A DNA stretch of 64,000 bases from Antedon mediterranea (taxonomy: Eukaryota; Animalia; Echinodermata). Position 1 is the stretch's first letter. The number at the start of each line of letters is the position of its first letter. The translations under genes were made by a program, and so were the position numbers. Positions 10,896 to 23,187 of the stretch are shown here, in pieces. The notes under the pieces are model-generated. The model had not been told where the DNA came from. It saw only the letters and a list, made by a program, of their open reading frames with translations, and did no database searches. The DNA lies in contig NC_092680.1 of assembly GCF_964355755.1 (NCBI RefSeq), positions 8,122,001 to 8,186,000 of the forward strand, given 5' to 3'.

Positions 10896-13893
10896 TACTC
10901 TAGTAGCTAGATCAACTTTCGTATGCACTTTGAGGTCCAGAGAATTTGACTTCAGAAATTGGTTTAGGGTGGTCAAACAATCATTTTTGGCTTGGTTACA
11001 CATTTTGAAAATGTGGCGAAAGTTCAAAAGGTCAGGGTCAAAGGTTATAAAATCAAACACCATTATGTCCTTAAATCTCGACAACCACTGGTCACAGCGA
11101 GGTAATTTTGGTCTTAAATTAATCAGAAGGTATACATTTATATTCAGTCTAATGAAACATTTTAGTCGAAAATGACCGGAAATGCCATTTCTGACCTTTG
11201 ACCCATAAACCAGGGAATGTCTGTATCTCCGTAACTATTGGCCGTAGTGACTTGAATTTGGGCTCAAATTGTTCGAAATATACATTTAGTTATTTGTTAC
11301 ACATTTTGAACAATGTTACAAAAGGTCAAAAGGTCAAGGCCAGGGGTTATATGAATAAACACAAATAGGTATTTGTATCTCGGCAACCACTGGTCACAGC
11401 GAGTAAGTTTTGGTCTCAAAATGTTCAGAAGGTATACATTCATATTCAGTCTAATGAAACATTTTAGTAAAATATGACCAGAAATGACATTTCTGACCTT
11501 TGACATACATACCAGGGCATCTTCTTATCTCTGTAAGTACAGGTCGTAGAAACTTAAATTTAGTATCAAATTGTTAGAAATACACATATTTACATTCATT
11601 CTAACAGAAAATTTGGATAAAAGATGATCAGAAATACTATTAATTACTAATCTTTTAAATGAAAAACATATCTACCTAACTTATCATTAGACAGTAATGT
11701 TATGCAATAATTGATGCTTAATGATTTCATTATACTGTAGGAATTAAAACAAATCCTTTACTGTTTGTAATAATTGTACTTTTGCTTATAATAATGCTAG
11801 AAAGTATTGTTGACCCCCGAACGTTCAAACATTTTGAGAATGCTAGAAGTAATTTACTGTAGTTACCCGAATAAAATCCTCTGGCATTTATTTATTCAGG
11901 GAAGGTGTTTATTTTGTTGGGTGTAATAATGGTAACATGTATAATCAAATAAATACACCCCAGATATATATATAAAAAATATATATATATATATAATAAG
12001 AATAATAACGGGATTAAACCTCATTCTATCCTGGAGGAAGTACAATCATGTAATAAAAGGTATCGGAGACCACAATAATAAACCAAGTCATTGTCATTTT
12101 TACTCAACACTGTTGCATAATAGTTTTGAATGTCAACGACAAAACTTATACATACACGTCTGTTCCCAGTGTAGATAATAAAACAATATATATTTCTGGA
12201 GATTTATTATCAATACCACTAGAAACTTTGACATGTTTTAGGTACTGAATGCATTGACAATAAAAGCATCAGAAGTTTATCATGATAAAATCATACTACA
12301 ACACTGTACTACAGTACACAAGGGTGTTTTCAGGAAAGCTGGACATATTGTACAATAGTAATGAAACTATGTATTGGCATTTAAAACTATGCAAAACTAT
12401 GCAAAAGATTGTTGTCAAATTGTAGTTACAAACAAATAGATGATAGAATGAAGATCCATTATGAGTGCAATCGTGTCAGGATAATGATGTGTCATTGTTT
12501 TATATCATTATACTGGCACCTGGAGGAGAAGATCCATTTAATGGAATCTATCACTTTTATTTTAAAAGACAGAAACATTTCGTTAAAAAGCATAAAGAGG
12601 AAAACGAATCATGTAAAGTACCTTTTATCAGTTGAGAAACGAAATACAATTATTAAAATTAGAGTATTCCTTCAAATAAACGCCACCATTCCCTCCAATA
12701 GAACACCATGTGGAATAAACGCCCCGCCACATGCATTTACAGAATAATTGTATCACGTCAACACATTTCATTAACTACCATAATCTACAATTTACCAAGC
12801 ATTTTGACATAATTTTATCACTTTTTGATATTAATTGTGCAGTATTTTTTTACATCTAGGTGGTATTTATTTGATTATACATGTTACCATATTATACCCC
12901 AGATAAAGATGCCTCCTTTCCCCCTAAAAACCCTTTTGAACAATAAATGCCTGGAGCGTTTAATCGGATACATATGACAAGTTACTTCTAGCATTCTGAA
13001 AAGAACTGTTGAGCTTAACGTTTCTATCAAAATGTCCTCGGGGACAGCAATAACGTGAAATTAAAACAATTTAAAGTATCAGTTATTGCATAACATTACT
13101 GTCTAAGGATAAGTTGTGTAGATATGTTTTTTGTTTGAAACATTAGTAATAGTATTTCTGTTCATCTTTTAACCACATTTTCTATTATAATGAATGTAAA
13201 TATGTATATTTCGAACAATTTGATACCAAATTTAAGTTTCTACGACCTGTACTTACAGAGATATGAAGATGCCCTGGTATGTGGGTCAAAGGTCAGAAAT
13301 GGCATTTCTGATCATTTTTGACTAAAATTCCCCATTAGATGGAATATAAATGCATGCCTTCTGAACATTTTGAGACCAAAACTGTCTTGCTGCGACCAGT
13401 GGTTGCCGAGATACAAGTACCTTTTTTTATTTGTTCAAATAACCCTTGACCTTGACCCTTTGACCTTTTGTAACATTTTTCAAAATGAGTAACAAATAAC
13501 TAAATGTATATTTCGAACAATTTGAGCCCAAATTCAAGTCACTACGGCCAATAGTTACGGAGATACAGACATGCCCTGGTTTATGGGTCAAAGGTCAGAA
13601 ATGGCATTTCCGGTCATTTTCGACTAAAATGTTTCATTAGACTGAATATAAATGTATACCTTCTGATTAATTTAAGACCAAAATTACCTCGCTGTGACCA
13701 GTGGTTGTCGAGATTTAAGGACATAATGGTGTTTGATTTTATAACCTTTGACCCTAACCTTTTGACCTTTCGCCACATTTTCAAATTGTGTAACCAAGCC
13801 AAAAATGATTGTTTGACCACCCTAAACCAATTTCTGAAGTCAAATTCTCTGGACCTCAAAGTGCATACGAAAGTTGATCTAGCTACTAGAGTA
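10896..13893. mobile_element. Non-autonomous foldback DNA transposon, about 3 kb, with about 1-kb terminal inverted repeats
   Basis: Left end TACTCTAGTAGCTAGATCAACTTTCGTATGCACTTTGAGG is the reverse complement of the right end ending at 13893. The arms stay alignable to about 11960 / 12855, each with about 300-bp internal sub-repeats. TAT flanks both sides (or TA if the ends are drawn 2 bp inward). Mirrored ORFs 10930/13859 and 11084/13705 confirm the symmetry. No transposase ORF. Confidence 0.92.
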
Positions 13894-13925
13894 TATAGTC
13901 TGATATTGGCTCTTCATCTTTCTTC

Positions 13926-16851
13926 TCAGCAGAAGTGAAATTTTTTGCATAAAATCATCCCAACAACAAACAGGGCAATTAACGGCAACAATCTACAGAA
14001 TAAACATAAGATTTACATTTTAGTTACAATACTTTCAATTATTGATCACAATCAATTCAGGACTGATCGTGTAGTGTGTAAAGTAACACAAAATTCGACT
14101 GTATAACAGGTTAAGCTCTATCTACACTATCAAACTTTATGTGAAAAAAAAGTGTGAGTTAACTAAATATGGTAGTGATATGCTTAAATATGGCTGTGAT
14201 ATGACATCATCATGTCCATATATGGGCACATCAAGTTAGATAGTTTAGACTTTAAGATAAAAATCAATTATAGGATAGTGGTTTTTGCTTATTCACGATT
14301 TAAGATGAAGTACTCACATTATAAGCACTAGAGTTGTAGTACTTAGCTTCTTTTCAGGAGGAGGTATTATATGGTTGGTTGTTGGTTCAACGGTAGGCAA
14401 ATTGTCACATGCTCCAGCATAGCCGAATGCAATGGTATACTGAAACAAAATACATAATGTGAATGTTTTACTCTAAGACTAAGAAAATAACCTGTGTGCA
14501 CTTATGTTCTGTTTTTATTTCCTTTACTTGTTACTGTTAAGTTTTCTTTTGTACCATGTTTGTGGTAGATGATGATAAACATAATGTCCGTGAATTTGGT
14601 TTTAAGATATAGATTCACCATATCCTTACAGTAATACAATTCAATACAAAAACAATTAGGCCTACCGTTATTCGATCAGAATATTTTGAATAAATTATCC
14701 CTCGATATGCTGACTCTGGAATCTTGTTACCATTTAAACTTTCTTTGTAGTCCCACGTGATCGATTCATTACAGTTGAATATAAAAAATGACGAAATGTT
14801 ACCAATCCCATTAACAACTACAAATGCACCTGAGCTGGGAACTATAAAACATATATGTATGTTTAAATGTATAAATCTGTAGCAGAAAATAATCGTACAA
14901 ATATACATAGGCCTACATTCATCATAATACTAATTTAATTCGAATTCACTGAGGGGCCTATAAGATATAAGTTTTGCCGCTATATCCATGAATACCGAAT
15001 CAAATAAGTCAAGTAAAAATAATTATTAATTTTTTTTTTTTATTTATTTATTAAGGTATAAAAACATCAAATTCCAACCAGCAGCAAGAGCTGAAAAGGT
15101 TGGATTACAATCAACTGAGAAATAAAATACATCAAAGAAGATCTAAACTAAACATTAAACTTAAAGGATTCGTGCTAAGTGTGGAATAGTAGACCGCCTA
15201 TATCTTTCAGTGCGACATCTGCAAGAATCCAACTTTGAACTAGTATTGCTCCTTAACGATCTTGAATGCCTATCAGATTTATATGCTGGTAACATATTTC
15301 TAAATTTGGTAGATTCTAAAAGACTCTTGCCAAACTTGAGAAGAATCTGTTCTCTACGGGACTTTAAAGAAGGCAAACCTACTTGCTCTAAGGCTAATTC
15401 ATAGCTAACATAATGTGGGCTCAAAATTATGCGCAAAGCCCGTTTTTGAATTTTTTCTATTAAATTAGATTGCTGAACAGTTAATGATGAATGCCAAACC
15501 TGGCAGGCATATTCCAGCACAGGTCTGATATATGATGTAAATACTGTAACCAGGTCACTGACTGGTGCACTAGACCTTTTCAGGATACATAGTGAAAATA
15601 GTCTACGTGAGGCTCTTGATGTTATATCATTAACATTTGAACCCCATTTGAGGTCATTTTGGATTATTACACCAAGCAGTTTTAACTTACTAACTATTGG
15701 AAGATTAAAGTTATCAATAGTGTAAACTAAATTAAGCTGCCGTTGCTTTAAAAAGTTAAATTCAATTACTTGGCATTTAGCTGGTTTTGGTAGAACATCA
15801 TTAGATGCACACCACTCACTGACACTATTAAGGACACTTTGTAAGTTAGAGGAAGCACCACATTTGGTTACTTCCCCTAGAGTCAGGTCATCCACAAATT
15901 TCCAACGTCTACAACTTTCAATGGCAGCATCATTTACTAGAACCAAAAAGAGTATAGGTCCCAGTTTGGTTCCCTGTGGTACTCCACAAGAGATTGATTT
16001 GGTGGAAGAAATGTGCGTGCCAAGTTTGGTAGTATGAGTTCTTTCACACAGAAAGCTGCAGACGATGGAAACAATGGATGACCTAACTCCAAGTTTAATT
16101 AATTTATCTATAATAATTGTATGATAGGCCCCTACCATCGTTTACTGCATGCATCATTGCAAATTCTTAATGAAAATTTCAACGCTTACCAATATGATTG
16201 ATGTCCGTACGATATGTTCCAAGACCAACTTTGTACTGATCATCGTAATCAGATGTAAAGGCTGCCGTACAATTATAGCAATCGAACGGACTTCTTGGTA
16301 GTGGATTACAAACGGCAAAGCTAAATCGACAACTGTCTATGGTTTTATTGACTGGTAACGAGCACGCCTCTTTATCATTGATGTCAATGTACCAGAATGG
16401 AGATCTATAGTATCAAATTATTGCGTTACTTAATTCTTCATAAAAGAATGCTATTCAGTGATGGATGAATGATCCATGATTTTGAAATATGGGATGAGAA
16501 GGCGGGGCAGTTCCTAAAATGGATGTGCTGAACCTAACAATGTCATGTATTTTGCATTGTTGCTGGGTGGCCTATGCTTTAACCGCTCGGCCAATACTAA
16601 TAATTTCTACTATCAGTAAGGCCTAGACATGTCCGATTTATTGGTCAATTATAGGCCTACCGTTGTACTACCACTCTCATTCTATTATATCTCTCTCACT
16701 CATACGACACTTACTTGGTTAGATTCGCAACATCAAACCAGAAGGTCTCACATGGATATACATTATTTTGCGCGCTAGTTTCTAACGCGCTAGTGAAAAT
16801 TATAAGAATTTCCCATAACATTAATCCACGATTTATCTGTATAGCCGACAT
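13926..16851 (-). CDS. MRH-like (M6PR/ATG27-type) type I membrane protein, paralog A (short tail, possibly decaying)
   Basis: Exons 16851-16715, 16404-16190, 14841-14666, 14439-14318, 13992-13926, all GT-AG and in phase. Features: signal peptide, FDVANLT, CRFSFAVCNPLP..C..C, LGTY, FIFNCN, YTIAFGYAGAC, Pro/Thr stalk, TM, tail CKKFHFC*. Family assigned by motif resemblance only. Confidence 0.75.
15030..16130 (-). mobile_element. 5'-truncated non-LTR retrotransposon (LINE, CR1/L2-group-like), C-terminal half of reverse transcriptase
   Basis: Uninterrupted 325-aa ORF 16138-15161 with GVPQGTKLGP, KFVDD, KLLGV, YIRPVLEYACQVWH and IEKIQKRALRII. The 3' UTR has a TCCAACC...GGTTGGA stem-loop (15072-15103) and an AATAAATAAATA(n) tail ending near 15030. 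It lies in intron 2 of paralog A and is absent from paralog B. Confidence 0.92.
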
Positions 16852-17710
16852 TAGTGTTTGTTGTGTACCTTGATCTGTGACTTTATTTATCTAACGTTTA
16901 TCATTATACTTATTAGGTCTCTTCCCTATTAGGCATTAGGTCTGTATCACTGCAAATAAATTACAATTTTAAAATTATTAAAAGCAACATTTTTTTTCAG
17001 CACCGTCCACCGTCATTCATTTTTTTAAAATCTCCCTGTCTGCATTGACGTTAGAGACGTGAGAGTTACAAATGCGGCCAGAAATAGAACAAAATGTGTT
17101 CATGACGATGTATACAGTAAATATCAGCCAATCACCCAATAGATGTCATTAAGCGTAAGCGACACAGCGTTCGTTCTCCAGACTAGGTGAGAATAACGGG
17201 GTGGGAGAACCATTTTTCTTATCGGCACGTCACCAACAGTTATTATTATTTTCCGTTATCTAGGATAATTAGGCTGGATTATGGAAATGAAGGAGTAGCG
17301 GTTACGGTGAGTGGTTAGGAGGACCCTTGAATATCACACGACCTGTCAAATCCCAATAAGAACAACTCCAAGTCAATTCAGCTTTAAATTAATGAGTATG
17401 ACTGGTGGAAAATCCGAGAATAGTTCCTTGGTAATCTAGTCTAGGTTCTAGACCGAAATTAGTAAAAAGATAAATATTTTGGCACATATGGCGTTTCATA
17501 CGTATACTATTTATACAAAATTCGAAATGCCGACTGGTGGACTAACATAATAGACGACAATAATATAACGGATTTTTCTGGTAATCCTTCGACATAAAGC
17601 CATTCCACACGATCATAATGTAGCTGATTCTCCGATAGGCCTACTGCATCTGAACACATACACGATGCTGTTATTACGAAACTTGCCTATGATACATGAC
17701 AAATGTATAT

Positions 17711-20422
17711 TCGGAGATACAGCACTGAGATTGGTGGCCTTACCACCTTTACCTCACCTTTCGGAGATACAGCACTGAGATTGGTGGGCTTACCACCTTT
17801 ACCTCATCTTTCGGAGATACAGCACTGAGATTGGTGGCCTTACCACCTTTACTTCACCTTTCGGAGATACAGCACTGAGATTGGTGGCCTTACCACCTTT
17901 ACTTCACCTTTCGGAGATACAGCACTGAGATTGGTGGCCTTACCACCTTTACCTCACCTTTCGGAGATACAGCACTGAGATTGGCCTTACCACCTTTACC
18001 TCACCTTTCGGAGATACAGCACTGAGATTGGCCTTACCACCTTTACCTCGCCTTTCGGAGATACAGCACTGAGATTGGCCTTACCACCTTTACCTCACCT
18101 TTCGGAGATACAGCACTGAGATTGGCCTTACCACCTTTATCTCACCTTTCGGAGATACAGCACTGAGATTGGCCTTACCACCTTTACCTCACCTTTCGGA
18201 GATACAGCACTGAGATTGGTGCCCTTACCACCTTTACCTCACCTTTCGGAGATACAGCACTGAGATTGGCCTTACCACATTTACCTCACCTTTCGGAGAT
18301 ACAGCACTGAGATTGGCCTTACCACGTTTACCTCACCTTTCGGAGATACCGCACTGAGATTGGCCTTACCACCTTTATCTCACCTTTCGGAGATACAACA
18401 CTGAGATTGGCCTTACCACCTTTACCTCACCTTTCGGAGATACAGCACTGAGATTGGCCTTACCACCTTTACCTCACCTTTCGGAGATACAGCACTGAGA
18501 TTGGCCTTACCACCTTTACCTCACCTTTCGGAGATACAGCACTGAGATTGGTGGCCTTACCACCTTTACCTCACCTTTCGGAGATACAGCACTGAGTTTG
18601 GTGGCCTTACCACCTTTACCTCACCTTTCGGAGATACAGCACTGAGATTGGTGGCCTTACCACCTTTACCTCACCTTTCAGAGATACAGCACTGAGATTG
18701 GCCTTACCACCTTTACCTCACCTTTCGGAGATACAGCACTGAGATTGGTGGCCTTACCACCTTTACCTCACCTTTCGGAGATACAGCACTGAGATTGGTG
18801 GCCTTACCACCTTTACCTCACCTTTCGGAGATACAGCACTGAGATTGGTGGCCTTACCACCTTTACCTCACCTTTCGGAGATACAGCACTGAGATTGGTG
18901 GCCTTACCACCTTTACCTCACCTTTCGGAGATACAGCACTGAGATTGGTGGCCTTACCACCTTTACCTCACCTTTCGGAGATACAGCACTGAGATTGGCC
19001 TTACCACCTTTACCTCACCTTTCGGAGATACAGCACTGAGATTGGCCTTACCACCTTTACCTCACCTTTCGGAGATACAGCACTGAGATTGGCCTTACCA
19101 CCTTTACCTCACCTTTTGGAGATACAGCACTGAGATTGGCCTTACCACCTTTACCTCACCTTTCGGAGATACAGCACTGAGATTGGCCTTACCACCTTTA
19201 CCTCACCTTTCGGAGATACAGCACTGAGATTGGCCTTACCACCTTTACCTCACCTTTCGGAGATACAGCACTGAGATTGGTGGCCTTACCAACTTTACCT
19301 CACCTTTTGGAGATACAGCACTGAGATTGGCCTTACCACCTTTATCTCACCTTTCGGAGATACAGCACTGAGATTGGCCTTACCACCTTTACCTCACCTT
19401 TCGGAGATACAGCACTGAGATTGGCCTTACCACCTTTATCTCACCTTTCGGAGATACAGCACTGAGATTGGTGGCCTTACCACCTTTACCTCACCTTTCG
19501 GAGATACAGCACTGAGATTGGTGGCCTTACCACCTTTACCTCACCTTTCGGAGATACCGCACTGAGATTGGCCTTACCACCTTTACCTCACCTTTCGGAG
19601 ATACAGCACTGAGATTGGCCTTACCACCTTTACCTCACCTTTCGGAGATACAGCACTGAGATTGGTGGCCTTACCACCTTTACCTCACCTTTCGGAGATA
19701 CAGCACTGAGATTGGTGGCCTTACCACCTTTACCTCATCTTTCGGAGATACAGCACTGAGATTGGTGGCCTTACCACCTTTACCTCACCTTTCGGAGATA
19801 CAGCACTGAGATTGGCCTTACCACCTTTACCTCACCTTTCGGAGATACAGCACTGAGATTGGCCTTACCACCTTTACCTCACCTTTCGGAGATACAGCAC
19901 TGAGATTGGCCTTACCACCTTTACCTCACCTTTCGGAGATACAGCACTGAGATTGGTGGCCTTACCACCTTTACCTCACCTTTCGGAGATACAGTACTGA
20001 GATTGGCCTTACCACCTTTACCTCGCCTTTCGGAGATACAGCACTGAGATTGGCCTTACCACCTTTATCTCACCTTTCGGAGATACAGCACTGAGATTGG
20101 TGGCCTTACCACCTTTACCTCGCCTTTCGGAGATACAGCACTGAGATTGGCCTTACCACCTTTACCTCACTTTTTGGAGATACAGCACTGAGATTGGTGG
20201 GCTTACCACCTTTACCTCACCTTTCGGAGATACAGCACTGAGATTGGTGGCCTTACCACCTTTACCTCACCTTTCGGAGATACAGCACTGAGATTGGTGG
20301 CCTTACCACCTTTACCTCACCTTTCGGAGATACAGCACTGAGATTGGCCTTACCACCTTTACCTCACCTTTCGGAGATACAGCACTGAGATTGGTGGCCT
20401 TACCACCTTTACCTCACCTTTC
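17711..20422. repeat. Minisatellite, 47/50-bp unit, about 55 copies
   Basis: Unit TCGGAGATACAGCACTGAGATTGG(TGG)CCTTACCACCTTTACCTCACCTT is repeated contiguously with no spacers. Two length variants differ by TGG. Confidence 0.97.
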
Positions 20423-20862
20423 ATGCATTCACATTTATTTATTCATCGTTTACAACAATTACAGTATATAATTGGTGGCAAGGGTCCTGCATAAAGAAGT
20501 TTACAAGAGGAAACTAACGACTCGTTCAAACGTTGTCTTTAACTGTAACACTTGATGGCCAATTCGTTGTCTGGAACTGATCGTGTCACAGCCACAGATA
20601 AACCCTTTGATCCTTCGAAGCTCAGCATCCTGTTGTTAAATTGCCTTGCTTTAAGTCGAGATGGGCAAAATTTCACCATCTAAACAGTTGTACTATATAT
20701 TCAACAAAATCAAATATTGTTTATACATTTTTAATAAACTAGGCCTAGGCCTATATAACTAGAAACTTGAATAGTATAGGCCTAATAATTGCTTTTTTCA
20801 AATTAAACAAATGGTAACATAAGTTAATCAGGTAATGTGCAGAAGATGTAATCACAATTCTT

Positions 20863-23187
20863 CTATATGACATTAACGATGGCTACCATTTGTAATCTAT
20901 TAGCTCTCTTTCGTCATCTTCCTTGCCGAAGTTACGTATGTAGAATACAATAAACCCACCAATGAAGGCTGCAATTAACGGTAACAATCTACAACATAAA
21001 GATTATATATTTTCAATTATCGGTATTACATATCAATACGTCATTATTAAATATACTGTATTATTACAAATGTCACAGAACAAGGATACATCTATATATA
21101 GCATTATAATATTAGTAGTACATACATTTATTGCTTAAGGTAATTTAGCAATTCGTGACTAGTTATTTTTCTTTTGGCAATGGCGAAGCATAATAGAAAA
21201 GTATTGGGATATTGGGAAATATACAGTAATTGGTAAGACTGCTTTACGTTGCGCTTAACGTCCTTGCGTCACGTCTCTATATTATTGGGGACCAAACTTT
21301 ACGTTGCGCTTACGTCATTGCGTTGCGTCCTATATTGTGAACCAAGTTTAAAGATGAAGTACTCACATTACAATTATTATAGTAACATTACTTAACTTCT
21401 GTGTTGGAGCTGGAGTTGTTGGATCAACGGTGGTAGGTGGCTCGTCACATGCACCAGCATACCAGAATCCAATGGTGTACTGAAACACAATTCGAATGTG
21501 AATAATAATGTATAGTATAATAATTACTAATAATAATTTCCATTTTCTACCTGTATACTTCTATAGGTATCACATGTTTCTAGGGTCACGTACGGGAATA
21601 AAGCTTTTAAGTAGTAGCCCTTATCCGCGAGACCATCAACCATGGAACGAGTGTGAGCCTCGAACATTTGCCATAGGCTATAGAGGGATAGTGGTAGCAT
21701 TTATTTCCTGTCAACCGTTTGAGTTTGTTTCTTTTATGTTATTTATATTATTATTGTGGTAGTTGACGACATGGTCCATGTATTAGATTTAAGATCAAGT
21801 GATCCGTACTCAACCGGTATCCAGATTTCTCCAATATAGGAAATTCCGTAATACTGCAGAATATTGTATCGCCTAGTAACATACACCATAAGAACATGAT
21901 AGACAGAATTATGATACACATTAAATAAGTATTACCGAATATTTCTATTAATTTGGACAATCATGACTGTAATCCATGAATGCTACAATCAAAATTACCG
22001 TAATTCCTGTCGAATATTTAGAATAATACATCCCTCGATATGATGACTTTGGAATCTTGTTACCATTTAAACTTTGTTTGTAGTCCCACGTGATCGACGT
22101 ATTGCAGTTGAATGTAAGATATGACGAAATGTTACCAATGCCATTAGCAATTATAAAGGCACCTGAGCCTGGAACTAAAAAACAGAGCACAGTTACGTAC
22201 GTATACTACCGGTTAACATACGCAACGCAAGGACGTAAACGCAACGCAAGTATTTTGACCAATTAATTTTCTCAAAGAAATTTACAATATTAAATTCGTT
22301 AGTTAAACATCTGTAGCAGAACAACTCATACATCCATCTTCTGTGCAGAACCTTATTTGAGTGTGTCTCACATGGTTGAATTGAACTGTGATCAGTTGAT
22401 CAGTGTACTAGTACACCCGGGGATAACCCCATCTCTCGAAAGATGTACTAGGTTTTTGTGCACATGAGATCAATGTGTACACTGGACCTACGGTTTATAG
22501 TCCTTATAGGTCATAACAATTCTTATATTATGCTCCCCCCCCCCCCCGCCTCTCCCCCATCTGCTGCATCATTGCAAATTAGTGAAAACATCACACTTAC
22601 CAATATGATTGATGCCCGCACGATATGTTCCAAGACCAACTTTGTACTGATCATCGTAATCAGATGTAAAGGCTGCCGTACAGTTATAACAATCGAACGG
22701 ACTTCTTGGTAGTGGGTTACAAACGGCAAAGCTAAATCGACAACTGTCTATGGTTTTATTGACTGGTAACGAGCACGCCTCTGTATCATTAATGTCCAAA
22801 TACCAGAATGGAGATCTATAGTATCAAATTACTGCGTTACTTCATCCTTCATAAAGGAATGTTATTCAGTGACGGATGAATGATCCATGATTTTGAAATA
22901 GGGGATGAGAGGGTAGGGGCAGTGCCTAAAATGGATGTGCTGACCTTTGGCCTCTAACATACCAATAATGTCTACCATCAGTACGGCCTAGGCATGTCCG
23001 ATTTATTGGTCAACAGTCTATATCTCACTATTCCCTCATACGACACTTACTTGGTTAGATTCGCAACATCAAACCAGAAGGTCTCACATGGATATACATT
23101 ATTTAGCGCACTAGTTTCTAATGCGCTAGTGAAAATTATAAGAATTTCCAATAACAGTAATCCACGATTTATCTGTATAGCCGCCAT
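20863..23187 (-). CDS. MRH-like (M6PR/ATG27-type) type I membrane protein, paralog B (full tail)
   Basis: Exons 23187-23051, 22815-22601, 22174-21999, 21479-21367, 20988-20863, the same structure as paralog A. Protein: MAAIQINRGLLLLEILIIFTSA...CETFWFDVANLTKSPFWYLDINDTEACSLPVNKTIDSCRFSFAVCNPLPRSPFDCYNC...LGTY...SYLTFNCN...YTIGFWYAGACDEPPTTVDPTTPAP...IIIVILLPLIAAFIGGFIVFYIRNFGKEDDEKRANRLQMVAIVNVI*. Confidence 0.8.

Noticed and set aside
10890-13938. Duplicated ORFs MRSREFDF.../MSRFKDIM... and ORF 12409-12747 as genes or a transposase
   Set aside because: They are short and have no recognisable motifs. The duplication simply reflects the inverted arms.
17711-20422. CRISPR-like array
   Set aside because: The units are contiguous and near-identical, with no unique spacers and no cas genes, in a eukaryotic context. 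It is a minisatellite.
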